From an uncultured Eubacteriales bacterium (lineage in GTDB: Bacteria > Bacillota > Clostridia > Acetivibrionales > CAZANH01): a stretch of DNA of 43,520 nucleotides. The translations under genes were made by a program, and so were the position numbers. The stretch covers positions 1 to 43,520 of the forward strand of contig CAZANH010000469.1 in NCBI GenBank assembly GCA_964486515.1. The letters run 5' to 3'. The notes under the pieces were generated by a model, which worked only from the letters and a program-made list of their open reading frames with translations, had not been told where the DNA came from and did no database searches. Shown piece by piece: positions 1 to 9,755 of this stretch. Within the stretch, counting starts at the first letter, position 1, and the number at the start of each line of letters is the position of its first letter.

Positions 1-219
1 GAGGCTGTTGTTAAGCAATGTTAAGGTCAAATCATTGTTTGAGTTGAATGCATTCCCGTTATATTTTTAAGCATTCAGCGAGTTTGATTTGACATGTAAG
101 GCTGAACTTACAGCCACTTGAACTTGTAGCGTTAATTTCAGGAAAATATTCTTCGAGCTAAGAGGGCTGTGAATAGTAAGTATGGATTGAATACATTTTG
201 AGTTTGTGAATTCAAATGG

Positions 220-249
220 TTGCAGATAAAGTATGGTGTATGCTATACT
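220..249 (+). promoter_or_regulatory. putative sigma-A-type promoter ahead of the Zn-dehydrogenase/lipB/lipA unit
   Basis: TTGCAG (220-225), 18-nt spacer, TGc-TATACT (241-249), about 45 nt upstream of the ATG at 293. Motif match only. Confidence 0.3.
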
Positions 250-292
250 AAAAATAAATTAAAAACAAATATAAAAAAGGGGTTATCAGGTC

Positions 293-1558
293 ATGAAAAC
301 AAAAGCTGTAAGACTTTATGGAAAGAATGATTTAAGGCTTGAAGAATTTGAATTGCCGGAAATAAAAGATAATGAAATACTTGCACATATTATTTCGGAC
401 AGTATATGCATGTCTTCTTATAAAGCAACCATACAGGGTTCCGACCATAAAAGGGTACCGCAGGATATTGATAAAAACCCGATAATAATGGGGCATGAAT
501 TCTGTGGTGAAATAGTTAAAGTTGGTAAGAAATGGAGAAAAAAATTTAAGGAAGGAAATAAATTCTCAATACAGCCTGCGTTAAACGAAGAAAGCAATCC
601 TTATGCGGCTCCTGGCTATTCATTTAAATATATTGGCGGAAATGCTACATATATTATTATACCTGATATAGTAATGGAAAAAGACTGCCTTCTCAATTAT
701 GATGGTGAGGCGTTTTTTCACGGATCGCTCTCTGAACCAATGTCATGTATAGTGGGTGCATTTCATGCAAATTATCATACAAAGAGCGGAAGCTATGTAC
801 ATGAAATGGGCATAACAAAAGGTGGAAACATGGCAATACTTGCAGGCGTGGGTCCGATGGGGCTTGGTGCGATAGATTATGCCATACACTGTGACAGACG
901 TCCAAAATTGCTTGTAGTAACCGATATAGACCAGGCGAGGCTAGACAGGGCAGTTTCAATTTATACCATTGAAGAGGCAAGAAAAAATGGTGTTGAATTG
1001 AAATATGTAAATACGTCGGGAGTTAAGGATGTTAAGAATATGTTGGTTTCATTGACCGAAGGTAAAGGATATGACGATGTATTCGTACTTGCACCTGTAA
1101 GGCAGGTTATTGAACAGGGAGACAGCATACTTGCAAGAGACGGCTGCCTGAATTTCTTCGCAGGGCCCACAAATACGGAATTCTACGCTGAATTTAATTT
1201 TTACAATGTTCATTATAATTCTACACATGTTGTTGGAACAAGTGGGGGAAATACTAATGACATGATTGAGTCACTGATGATGATGGAAAAAAAATTGATT
1301 AATCCGGCTGCAATGATTACTCATGTGGGAGGATTAAACAGTGCTGCTGAAACAACTATGAACCTTCCAAAAATAAAAGGAGGAAAAAAGTTAATATATA
1401 CAAATATAGAAATGGAATTGACTGCGATTGATGAATTTGAGAAAAAAGGCAGGGAAAATCCGATATTTATGGAACTGGCAAGAATTACAGCTGAAAATAA
1501 CGGATTATGGTCTGCAGAAGCAGAAAGATATATTCTGAAAAACGCAAAACCAATATAA
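293..1558 (+). CDS. zinc-dependent medium-chain dehydrogenase/reductase (sorbitol / L-sorbose-1-phosphate-reductase-like), substrate unknown
   Basis: 421-aa ORF with a purine-rich SD (AAAAGGGG) upstream. Has the MDR zinc-ligand motif GHEFCGEIVKVG and a Rossmann motif GVGPMGLG. The stop TAA is immediately followed by the lipB ATG (TAAATG). Confidence 0.75.
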   Translation: MKTKAVRLYGKNDLRLEEFELPEIKDNEILAHIISDSICMSSYKATIQGSDHKRVPQDIDKNPIIMGHEFCGEIVKVGKKWRKKFKEGNKFSIQPALNEESNPYAAPGYSFKYIGGNATYIIIPDIVMEKDCLLNYDGEAFFHGSLSEPMSCIVGAFHANYHTKSGSYVHEMGITKGGNMAILAGVGPMGLGAIDYAIHCDRRPKLLVVTDIDQARLDRAVSIYTIEEARKNGVELKYVNTSGVKDVKNMLVSLTEGKGYDDVFVLAPVRQVIEQGDSILARDGCLNFFAGPTNTEFYAEFNFYNVHYNSTHVVGTSGGNTNDMIESLMMMEKKLINPAAMITHVGGLNSAAETTMNLPKIKGGKKLIYTNIEMELTAIDEFEKKGRENPIFMELARITAENNGLWSAEAERYILKNAKPI

Positions 1559-2278
1559 ATGAATGCTATGAAAAAAATATGGATAACAGACCTTGGAAAA
1601 ATGAATTATAAAAAGGCCCTTAAAATACAGGAAACATTAATGTTCTTGAGACAAAAAGGGGAGCTTGAAGATACTCTGCTGCTGGTAGAACATCCTCATG
1701 TCATTACACTTGGGAGACGGGCTGATGTAAATAACATAGTTGTATCTGGAGAAACACTTTCCAAAAACGGAATAGAAATAATTGAAGTAAACAGGGGTGG
1801 AGATGTAACGTATCATGGCCCGGGACAAATTGTCGGATATCCTGTGTTTGATTTAACAGATTATGGCAGAGATATCAGGGCTTTTGTGAGGAACATAGAA
1901 GAGATATTCCTGCGCATGCTTGAAAAAGAGTTTGATATACATGCCCGGACAGATGAAAAAAAATATACGGGAGTATGGGTGGAAAATTACAAGATAACTG
2001 CAATAGGTATTGCAGTTAAAAAATGGGTTACCATGCACGGTTTTGCTTTTAACGTCAGTACGGATCTTAAGTATTTTGACTGGATAGTACCGTGTGGCTT
2101 ATACGACAGAGGAGTCACCTCACTTGAAAAGCTTCTGGGAATTCATCCGCAGTTTGAGGAATTAAAAAAATTAACAATTAAATATTTTTGTGATGTTTTT
2201 GGTGTAAAACCAAAGATTATAACTCTTAATCAGCTTGAAAGCGAGTTTGGCAGGCATTCCGAGATTACAAATGTATAA
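1559..2278 (+). CDS. lipB: lipoyl(octanoyl) transferase LipB
   Basis: 239 aa. Has the RGGDVTYHGPGQIVGYP motif, the K-I-x-A-I-G lysine region and the PCG catalytic cysteine (IVPCGL) typical of LipB. An alternative start is the ATG at 1568. Confidence 0.85.
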   Translation: MNAMKKIWITDLGKMNYKKALKIQETLMFLRQKGELEDTLLLVEHPHVITLGRRADVNNIVVSGETLSKNGIEIIEVNRGGDVTYHGPGQIVGYPVFDLTDYGRDIRAFVRNIEEIFLRMLEKEFDIHARTDEKKYTGVWVENYKITAIGIAVKKWVTMHGFAFNVSTDLKYFDWIVPCGLYDRGVTSLEKLLGIHPQFEELKKLTIKYFCDVFGVKPKIITLNQLESEFGRHSEITNV

Positions 2279-2307
2279 AGATGGATAATTGAAAGGAAGA
2301 AAATTAA

Positions 2308-3174
2308 TTGGAAAATAAACCGGAATGGTTAAAAATCAGGGTAAGAGCAACAAAAGAAATGAATGAGGTAGAAAACATACTGAAAAAACTTTCACTTAAT
2401 ACTGTCTGTGAAGAAGCAAACTGCCCGAACAGAATGGAATGTTATAGCAGAAGGACTGCTACATTCATGTTACTTGGAAGAGTATGTACAAGAAATTGTA
2501 CATTTTGCAATGTTAAAAAAATAGGCCCAAACAACAAACGCCCAGACCCTGTTGATGAAAATGAACCGTATAATGTTGCCAGAGCAGTGAGTGAACTTGG
2601 GCTTAAACATGCCGTTATAACTTCGGTAACACGGGATGACCTTGCCGATGGAGGTGCGGGACATTTCGCAAATACCATAAAAGAAATACAAAAGCTTGAA
2701 AATAAAGTTAATGTTGAAGTATTGATACCAGATTTCAAAGGGAAATGGGACGCGTTGTTAAAAGTAGTTGAAGCGAAGCCGGAAATTATAAATCACAATG
2801 TTGAAACCGTACCAATTCTTTATCCAACGGTACGTCCAATGGCTAAATACGAACGATCTCTGCAGCTTTTAAGGAATGTGAAACAGATGAATCCTTCCAT
2901 ATATACAAAGTCAGGAATCATGCTTGGACTTGGAGAAAAAAGGGAAGAAGTACTTAAAGTATTTGAGGATTTAAGGAAAGTGTCCTGCGATTTTATTACA
3001 ATAGGCCAGTACCTGCAGCCTTCTAAGCAGCATCATCCTGTTATGGAATATGTACATCCAGATGTATTTGAGGAATACGGAAAAATATGCAGAGAAATGG
3101 GATTTTCATATGCAGCATCAGGACCTTTCGTCAGGAGCTCCTATCATGCCGATGAGGCTTTGCTGCAAAAATAA
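2308..3174 (+). CDS. lipA: lipoyl synthase LipA (radical SAM)
   Basis: 288 aa with a TTG start preceded by GAAAGGAAG. Has the N-terminal auxiliary-cluster motif [12 protein letters not shown] (CX4CX5C) and the radical-SAM CTRNCTFC (CX3CX2C). The C-terminal RSSY motif is present. Confidence 0.9.
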   Translation: MENKPEWLKIRVRATKEMNEVENILKKLSLNTVCEEANCPNRMECYSRRTATFMLLGRVCTRNCTFCNVKKIGPNNKRPDPVDENEPYNVARAVSELGLKHAVITSVTRDDLADGGAGHFANTIKEIQKLENKVNVEVLIPDFKGKWDALLKVVEAKPEIINHNVETVPILYPTVRPMAKYERSLQLLRNVKQMNPSIYTKSGIMLGLGEKREEVLKVFEDLRKVSCDFITIGQYLQPSKQHHPVMEYVHPDVFEEYGKICREMGFSYAASGPFVRSSYHADEALLQK

Positions 3175-4234
3175 GCCGTGTTGCTTTTAAAAAGAATGAC
3201 AGAAAATCAATAATATTAATCTTTGTGTTATAAATCAGTTTATTTATCAAAGGATTACTTAAAAATTTAACTGTATTGTCAAGTTGGAGATTATCCATAT
3301 CATTAAAAGCCTTCCGAATTTCAAACATTGACTCCAGCTGTCTGCTTACCGGTTTTATCAGTTTCCTGTAATCCTTCCTTTCCACAATAGCTTTAGCTGC
3401 CATTACAGCTGTCATAAAGCCATTAATAAATGCGAAACCCAAAAATGGATCAGCAGCACCGGCTGCCATTCCAATAAAAAGAATATTATCCTTTTGGTAT
3501 GGGTATGCGTATCCGCTGAAGTGCTTTACCTGGAACTCCTCAACAATTGGATATTGTATATTGGCTTCCTTTAAAAATAACTTCCAGTATGTATTGATTT
3601 CCTTTTCATTTGTATCATCAACGAACAACATTATGGAACCCTTCTTTTTGTTAAAGGGTGTGAGATATGCATAGCCGTTTTTTGCAAAATCCTTGTTAAT
3701 CCACATTATCACTTCAGTAGGGTCAAAATCACCTGTCACTACCGCCCCTTTAACCCACCCGTTTACCCATTCTTCCCACAAACCCAGCCTTTTCGCAAAA
3801 TATGGATTACCAGTTGCTACAACAACATAATCATATTCGGCAGCTATCCTTGAAATATTATTAACACCTTTATCCATATATATTTTTGAACTTTTTAAAT
3901 TGCGGTACAGCTGTTCCTTTATATTTTCATGATCCTTGCCGCAAAGAAAAAGTGATCCCAGCTTTCCTTCCGCGACTGCCTTATAGTTCGGGGAAAAATG
4001 TGTAATCTTCCTTATTTTATTGACAGGTTTTAAATATATTTTATATTTTTTTTCAGCAAGCTTTAATATATCAGGAAAAGGCCTGTTAATTACATGTAAG
4101 AATGCTCCAACATGTGGTTCTTCAGCACCAATATAATTATGTTTTTCATAAATGTCAGGACTTACGCCTAACCTCTCCAACTCACAGGCACATGTTAAAC
4201 CGGTAATTCCTGCACCAATTATAGCTACTTTCAC
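3131..4234 (-). CDS. FAD/NAD(P)-binding oxidoreductase (geranylgeranyl-reductase / FixC-like fold), function unknown
   Basis: 367 aa with a GTG start and SD GGGAGATGG. Has the N-terminal dinucleotide motif [14 protein letters not shown]. The 3' end overlaps the lipA 3' end by 44 nt in convergent orientation. Confidence 0.65.
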   Translation of the reverse strand: MKVAIIGAGITGLTCACELERLGVSPDIYEKHNYIGAEEPHVGAFLHVINRPFPDILKLAEKKYKIYLKPVNKIRKITHFSPNYKAVAEGKLGSLFLCGKDHENIKEQLYRNLKSSKIYMDKGVNNISRIAAEYDYVVVATGNPYFAKRLGLWEEWVNGWVKGAVVTGDFDPTEVIMWINKDFAKNGYAYLTPFNKKKGSIMLFVDDTNEKEINTYWKLFLKEANIQYPIVEEFQVKHFSGYAYPYQKDNILFIGMAAGAADPFLGFAFINGFMTAVMAAKAIVERKDYRKLIKPVSRQLESMFEIRKAFNDMDNLQLDNTVKFLSNPLINKLIYNTKINIIDFLSFFLKATRLIFAAKPHRHDRSS

Positions 4235-4294
4235 TTAACCATCTCCCGATATTTAGTATTTGAACCAGTGAATAAAAAAATACATACCACGTAA

Positions 4295-4393
4295 CTATAT
4301 TCTTTGAGTTTCCCCATTTTTTCAATATAAATATGTTGGGTACCTGAATACTCACACGGAATAAAAAATGGGGAAACTCAAAACCTATATTCT
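4295..4393. repeat. MITE-like unit: 20-bp perfect inverted repeat around a 40-bp core, flanked by a 9-bp direct repeat
   Basis: TTTGAGTTTCCCCATTTTTT (4303-4322) is the exact reverse complement of 4363-4382. CTATATTCT occurs at 4295-4303 and again at 4385-4393. It lies in the divergent intergenic region between the FAD oxidoreductase and E2 genes. Confidence 0.5.
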
Positions 4394-4395
4394 CG

Positions 4396-4424
4396 TTGAC
4401 ACATGTTATAGTATATGATAATAT
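4396..4424 (+). promoter_or_regulatory. putative sigma-A promoter of the E2-E3-E1 operon
   Basis: TTGACA (4396-4401), 17-nt spacer, TGa-TAATAT (4416-4424), about 60 nt upstream of the E2 ATG (SD AAGGAGGTG). Confidence 0.45.
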
Positions 4425-4486
4425 ATAACTAAATAATGAAAGAACCTAACATGAAGTGTTAATAAAATTACATAAGGAGGTGCGAT

Positions 4487-5779
4487 ATGGCTGAAACAGT
4501 TATAATGCCGAGGCAGGGACAATCCGTTGAGAGCTGTATCATTTCAGAATGGCATAAAAAAAAGGGAGATAAGGTTAAAACAGGGGAGTTGCTTTTTTCC
4601 TATGAGACCGATAAAGCCGCATTTGAAGAAGAATCAAAAACAGATGGAACAATTCTTGAAATATTATTTGATGAAGGGGAAGATGTTCCCGTTCTTTCAA
4701 ATGTATGCATAATTGGAAAAGAAGGAGAAGATATTTCCGGATTTTTAAATAATAGGGATAACAAGAATAAAGATAATGAAATAGAAGAAAAAGAAACTGT
4801 TACTGGTAATATAAAAGAAGAAAAATCTGAAAATACCGATTTGAATTTGAGCATCGAAAAGGGTATGGAAGATAAAGACACTGGAAAACTAAAAATATCA
4901 CCAAGGGCTAAAAATCTTGCTGAGCGTATGATGTCGGATTACAAAAAAGTCAAAGGCACGGGCCCTTCAGGAAGAATTATTGAAAGGGATATCGAAGGAT
5001 TAAAGCAAAGTAAAGTTTTCATAGAACATATGGATAATATTGATGAATTGAATAAGGTTGTTGAAAATACCGCATCTGGGGATAAACCCCACAGAGATGT
5101 GAAACTTTCAAATATCAGGAAAGTAACAGCTGAAGTTATGTATAGGTCACTTTCCACTACGGCGCAGTTAACAATGAATACATCATTTGATGCAACAAAT
5201 ATTCTTTCATACAGAAAATCAATAAAAATACATGGAGAAAAACAAAAACTTGCAAATATAACACTGAACGATATGATCTTATTTGCGGTTTCAAGAGTTC
5301 TAATAAGACATAAGGAATTAAATTCACATTTCCTTGATGACAGTATAAGAATTTTTGAAGATGTACACCTTGGAGTGGCTGTTGATACGGATAGGGGGCT
5401 TTTGGTACCAACAATAGAAAAAGCAAATCTAAAATCATTGAATGCCATATCGATTGAAGCAAAAAAACTTGCGGAGTCATGCAAGAGCGGTAAAATTAAT
5501 CTTGATTTGCTGAAAGGTGCAAGTTTTACAGTTACAAATCTTGGAATAATGGGAGTTGAATCATTTACACCGGTTTTAAACCCTCCACAGACAGGAATAC
5601 TTGGAGTTTGTAATATTACTCAAAGAGTAAAAGAAACAAACGGTGAATTTTCATACTATCCGGCAATGGGGCTTTCGCTTACATTTGACCACAGAGCTGT
5701 GGATGGAGCTCCGGCTGCCAGATTTCTGGATGATTTGAAAAACAGCCTTGAAAATTTTTATACACTACTAGCAGTATAG
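4487..5779 (+). CDS. dihydrolipoamide acyltransferase, E2 component of a 2-oxo-acid (pyruvate/acetoin-type) dehydrogenase complex
   Basis: 430 aa. Has a single lipoyl domain with the ETDKA lipoyl-lysine motif and a charged K/E/N linker. Also has a peripheral-subunit-binding domain (ISPRAKNLA...GTGPSGRI) and a catalytic domain with DHRAVDG. Confidence 0.9.
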   Translation: MAETVIMPRQGQSVESCIISEWHKKKGDKVKTGELLFSYETDKAAFEEESKTDGTILEILFDEGEDVPVLSNVCIIGKEGEDISGFLNNRDNKNKDNEIEEKETVTGNIKEEKSENTDLNLSIEKGMEDKDTGKLKISPRAKNLAERMMSDYKKVKGTGPSGRIIERDIEGLKQSKVFIEHMDNIDELNKVVENTASGDKPHRDVKLSNIRKVTAEVMYRSLSTTAQLTMNTSFDATNILSYRKSIKIHGEKQKLANITLNDMILFAVSRVLIRHKELNSHFLDDSIRIFEDVHLGVAVDTDRGLLVPTIEKANLKSLNAISIEAKKLAESCKSGKINLDLLKGASFTVTNLGIMGVESFTPVLNPPQTGILGVCNITQRVKETNGEFSYYPAMGLSLTFDHRAVDGAPAARFLDDLKNSLENFYTLLAV

Positions 5780-5854
5780 AGGAAAGATGAAATATGGCTG
5801 GGTTGATTTTAATGTTTTCAAATATTGCTGTTACAATACGGAGGGAGTTATTCT

Positions 5855-7234
5855 ATGACATATGATCTGATAATTATAGGGGGAGGGCCGGGAGGTTATC
5901 TCGCAGCGGAAAGAGCCGGACATGAAGGCTTAAATGTACTTTTGATTGAAAAAAGAATGGTAGGCGGGGTTTGTCTGAATGAAGGCTGTATTCCATCTAA
6001 AACATTACTTCACTCGGCAAAAATATATAATTATGCAAAAGATGGAGAAAAATACGGAATTAAAATCGATAATTTAAACTTAAATCATGAAATAGTGGTT
6101 AAAAGAAAAGATAAGGTTGTAAAGACCCTTGTTTCAGGAATCAAAGCACAGTTGGCCAAAAATAATGTTTTAACAATACAGGGTGAAGGTAATATAAAAG
6201 GCCGCACGGAAAATGGTTTTGAAATTTCAGACGGCAAGGATACATATACCGGAAAGCGTATTTTGATTGCAACAGGTTCTATCCCCTTTCTTCCTCAAAT
6301 ACCGGGTGTTAACGAGGGAATTAAAGAGGGATATATTCTTACGAACAGAGAGATACTTGACCTGGAAAAAATACCGTCGAATCTTGTAATTGCAGGCGGT
6401 GGTGTAATAGGGCTGGAAATGGCTTCCTATTTCAAGGCAGCGGGAAGCAGGGTAACGGTAATTGAAATGCTCGACCATATAGCTGGCAGTATAGACAGGG
6501 ATATGTCGGATCTGCTTTTAAAAAACTATCAGAAGGCAGGCATTGATTTTAAGCTTAATTCAAAAATTGTAGAAACAGGCAAGGATAAAGTAGTATACGA
6601 ATTAAACGGCAAGAAGCTTTCCGTCGAAAATGATGTTACACTTATGAGCATTGGGCGTAAGCCATTTACGGAAGGAATAGGGCTGGAAAATATCGGAGTG
6701 GAATTGGACAGGGGCAGCATTAAAACTGATGAGCAGATGAGAACAAACATACCGGGAGTTTATGCGGCAGGGGATGTTAATGGAAAGTACATGCTAGCAC
6801 ATACTGCTTTTAGAGAAGGGGAAGTCGCAGTAAACAATATGATTGGAAAGAAAGATAAAATGAGGTATGAAGCCATACCATATATTATTTATACAAATCC
6901 TGAAGTAGCAGGTGTTGGTGAAACGGAAGATTCCGCAAAACAGAAAGGGATTGATTATGAATGTGCAAAAATTTCCATGAGGTACAGTGGAAGATATGTT
7001 GCAGAAAATGAAGGCGGGAATGGAATATGTAAGATAATTGCTGATAAAAGGACACGAAGTATTATTGGAGCCCATATGATAGGTAATTATTCATCTGAAA
7101 TAATATACGGAGCAGCAATAATGGTTGAAACAGGTATGAGAATTGATAATATAAAGAAATTTGTATTTCCTCACCCGACGGTAAGTGAAATAATAAGGGA
7201 GGGAGTTTTTTCTCTGCCGGAATTTAATAAATAA
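5855..7234 (+). CDS. lpd: dihydrolipoyl dehydrogenase (E3)
   Basis: Has the FAD motif GGGPGGY, the redox-active disulfide GGVCLNEGCIPSK and the NAD motif GGGVIGLE. Start moved from the ORF-track position 5825 to the ATG at 5855, which has the SD GGAGGGAG. Confidence 0.9.
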   Translation: MTYDLIIIGGGPGGYLAAERAGHEGLNVLLIEKRMVGGVCLNEGCIPSKTLLHSAKIYNYAKDGEKYGIKIDNLNLNHEIVVKRKDKVVKTLVSGIKAQLAKNNVLTIQGEGNIKGRTENGFEISDGKDTYTGKRILIATGSIPFLPQIPGVNEGIKEGYILTNREILDLEKIPSNLVIAGGGVIGLEMASYFKAAGSRVTVIEMLDHIAGSIDRDMSDLLLKNYQKAGIDFKLNSKIVETGKDKVVYELNGKKLSVENDVTLMSIGRKPFTEGIGLENIGVELDRGSIKTDEQMRTNIPGVYAAGDVNGKYMLAHTAFREGEVAVNNMIGKKDKMRYEAIPYIIYTNPEVAGVGETEDSAKQKGIDYECAKISMRYSGRYVAENEGGNGICKIIADKRTRSIIGAHMIGNYSSEIIYGAAIMVETGMRIDNIKKFVFPHPTVSEIIREGVFSLPEFNK

Positions 7235-7257
7235 AAAAACAGGAAAGGAATAAACGA

Positions 7258-9726
7258 ATGCCTAAATCACAGTTTATAGATCCAAAAGAAGTAAGGAAAA
7301 AAGGGAAAATTACCATTAGGAATATACCCGTAAACAATTATTCAAAATCCATAGAAGAAGAGAAAAATAATTTCTCAAAGGAAGATTTTTTAAAGATATT
7401 CAGGGATATGGCTATTATAAGGGAATTTGAAAACATGTTGAATTCCATAAAAACAACAAGTGAGTATAATGGAATACAATACAATCATCCCGGTCCCGCC
7501 CATTTATCAATAGGTCAGGAGTCATCAGCAGTAGGGCAGGCTTACCTGCTCGACAAGGATGACCATATTTACGGTTCTCACAGAAGCCATGGAGAAATAC
7601 TGGCAAAAGGGCTTTCTGCAATTGAAAAAATGACTGACCAGGAACTGCTTGATATAATGAAAAGTTATTTTGACGGTGCCATACTCAGAGTTATTGAAGA
7701 TAAGAAGAATTATAAAGATACAAAGGAACTTGCAGTAAATTTCCTTCTATATGGGACACTTGCAGAAATATTCGCGAGAGAAACAGGTTTTCAAAAAGGC
7801 CTGGGAGGTTCGATGCATGCGTTTTGTACACCGTTTGGCATATATCCCAACAATGCAATAGTAGGTGGTTCTGCTGATATTTCCGTTGGAGCTGCACTCT
7901 ATAAAAAAATCAACAGAAAAAAAGGAGTGGTAATAGCCAACATCGGAGACGCGTCAATGGGATGCGGGCCTGTATGGGAAGCTATGTGCATGGCGACAAT
8001 GGACCAGTACAAGAAACTATGGGAAGAAGAATACAGGGGAGGGCTTCCCCTTATAATAAGTTTCTCCGATAATCAATATGGCATGGGCGGACAGACGTCC
8101 GGAGAGACAATGGGTTATGGAATACTTGCAAGAGTCGGCGCAGGTGTTAATCCTGAACGAATGCATGCAGAGCGTGTTGATGGTTATAATCCGCTGGCGG
8201 TTATCGACGCAATCAGAAGAAAAAAACAGATTATTGAAGAAAAGAATGGGCCGGTTCTCCTGGATGTTCTGACATATAGATTTACAGGGCATTCTCCGTC
8301 AGACGCTTCAAGCTACAGGACAAAAGAGGAAATTGAGGCATGGAAGGAAATTGACCCCCTTATAACCTACAAGGATGAACTTTTAAAAGCAAAAGTTGGG
8401 ACTGAGAACGAATTAGGATTGATTCTTGACAACTCTGTTGAACTTATAACAAATATATGCAAGCTTGCTACAGATGACAGCATATCACCAAGAATGAATA
8501 TTGTTAAAAACCCAAATGCTATCGGGGATATGATGTTCTCAAATATGAAAATTGAAAAGATGGATGACAGAGAATGTGAGACACTTATTCCAAAAGTGGA
8601 TAATCCAAGACTAAAGCAGATAAAAAATAAGATAAGAACTGCAGAACAGGATGGAAAGGTTGTATCAAAAAACAGGGTATATCAGTTGAGAGACGGGATA
8701 TTTGAAGCTGTACTGGATAAATTTTATACCGATCCCACACTTGTTTCATTCGGTGAAGAAAACAGGGACTGGGGTGGAGCTTTTGCCGTATACAGAGGAT
8801 TAACAGAAGCATTGCCTTATCACAGGCTTTTTAATACAACAATCTCAGAGGGGGCAATTGTAGGTTCGGCAGTAGGATATGGTATTGAAGGTGGAAGGGT
8901 AATAGCAGAGCTAATGTACTGTGACTTTATGGGAAGAGCAGGAGATGAAATATTCAATCAGTTGTCAAAATGGCAGTCAATGAGCGCAGGCCTCCTGAAA
9001 ATGCCAGTTGTAATCAGAGTATCAGTTGGTTCAAAATATGGAGCACAGCATTCACAGGACTGGACTTCACTTGTATCACATATTCCCGGCATTAAGACAG
9101 TTTTCCCCGCTACTCCTTATGATGCCAAAGGTTTAATGAACAGTGCACTTATGGGAACGGATCCGGTAATATTCTTTGAGAGTCAGAGAATTTATGATAT
9201 TGGAGAATATTTTCATAAAGGTGGTGTACCGGAGGAATATTACGAAGTGCCAATAGGTGAACCTGATGTTAAAAAAAAGGGGAAAGACATAACAATATTA
9301 ACTGTAGGCGCAACACTTTATCGTGTGCTTGACGCAGCAAAGATTCTTGAAAAGGAATACGGGATATCAGTTGAAATAATTGATGCGAGAAGCCTTGTAC
9401 CGTTCAATTACGAAAAAGTAATAGAGTCAGTAAAAAAGACGGGGAAAATTCTACTGACAAGTGATGCCTGCGAAAGAGGTTCACATTTGAATGATTTTGC
9501 CAGGAATATAAGTGAACTGGCCTTTGATTATCTGGATGCACCTCCCGTTGTTATTGGTGCGAAGAATTGGATTACTCCGGCATATGAGCTTGAAGAATAT
9601 TTCTTCCCACAACCTGAATGGATTATTGATGCAATACATGAGAAAATATTACCGATTAAAGGTTATGTGGCAGGTAATAATTTTACTCCAAATGAGCAGA
9701 TAAGGCTTAACAAACTGGGGATATAG
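7258..9726 (+). CDS. 2-oxo-acid dehydrogenase E1 component, fused alpha-beta subunits (TPP-dependent)
   Basis: Single 822-aa ORF. The N-terminal half has E1-alpha signatures: the TPP motif GDASMG...SDNQYGMG and the YRFTGHSPSD loop. From about aa 470 it is E1-beta/transketolase-like (NTTISEGAIVGSAVG, C-terminal domain). A linker of about 70 aa sits between the halves. Confidence 0.85.
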   Translation: MPKSQFIDPKEVRKKGKITIRNIPVNNYSKSIEEEKNNFSKEDFLKIFRDMAIIREFENMLNSIKTTSEYNGIQYNHPGPAHLSIGQESSAVGQAYLLDKDDHIYGSHRSHGEILAKGLSAIEKMTDQELLDIMKSYFDGAILRVIEDKKNYKDTKELAVNFLLYGTLAEIFARETGFQKGLGGSMHAFCTPFGIYPNNAIVGGSADISVGAALYKKINRKKGVVIANIGDASMGCGPVWEAMCMATMDQYKKLWEEEYRGGLPLIISFSDNQYGMGGQTSGETMGYGILARVGAGVNPERMHAERVDGYNPLAVIDAIRRKKQIIEEKNGPVLLDVLTYRFTGHSPSDASSYRTKEEIEAWKEIDPLITYKDELLKAKVGTENELGLILDNSVELITNICKLATDDSISPRMNIVKNPNAIGDMMFSNMKIEKMDDRECETLIPKVDNPRLKQIKNKIRTAEQDGKVVSKNRVYQLRDGIFEAVLDKFYTDPTLVSFGEENRDWGGAFAVYRGLTEALPYHRLFNTTISEGAIVGSAVGYGIEGGRVIAELMYCDFMGRAGDEIFNQLSKWQSMSAGLLKMPVVIRVSVGSKYGAQHSQDWTSLVSHIPGIKTVFPATPYDAKGLMNSALMGTDPVIFFESQRIYDIGEYFHKGGVPEEYYEVPIGEPDVKKKGKDITILTVGATLYRVLDAAKILEKEYGISVEIIDARSLVPFNYEKVIESVKKTGKILLTSDACERGSHLNDFARNISELAFDYLDAPPVVIGAKNWITPAYELEEYFFPQPEWIIDAIHEKILPIKGYVAGNNFTPNEQIRLNKLGI

Positions 9727-9755
9727 AAGTGAACATATATATGGGATGTGGTTAA

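Noticed and set aside
26-93. Imperfect long hairpin at the window edge. GTCAAATCA (26-34) pairs with TGATTTGAC (85-93), and there is an inner TGAATGC/GCATTCA stem.
   Set aside because: It is probably the terminator or 3' structure of a gene lying outside the window. It cannot be interpreted without the upstream sequence.
4939-5484. Long antisense ORFs fully embedded in well-supported genes. Examples are 4939-5484 (-), 4600-4881 (-), 16493-16894 (-), 19737-20081 (-), 39611-40048 (-), 42521-42910 (-) and 34744-35103 (+).
   Set aside because: All lie opposite genes with strong motif support. They translate to low-complexity S/F/L/I-rich strings, lack an SD, and are the expected by-product of purine-rich coding strands in AT-rich DNA.
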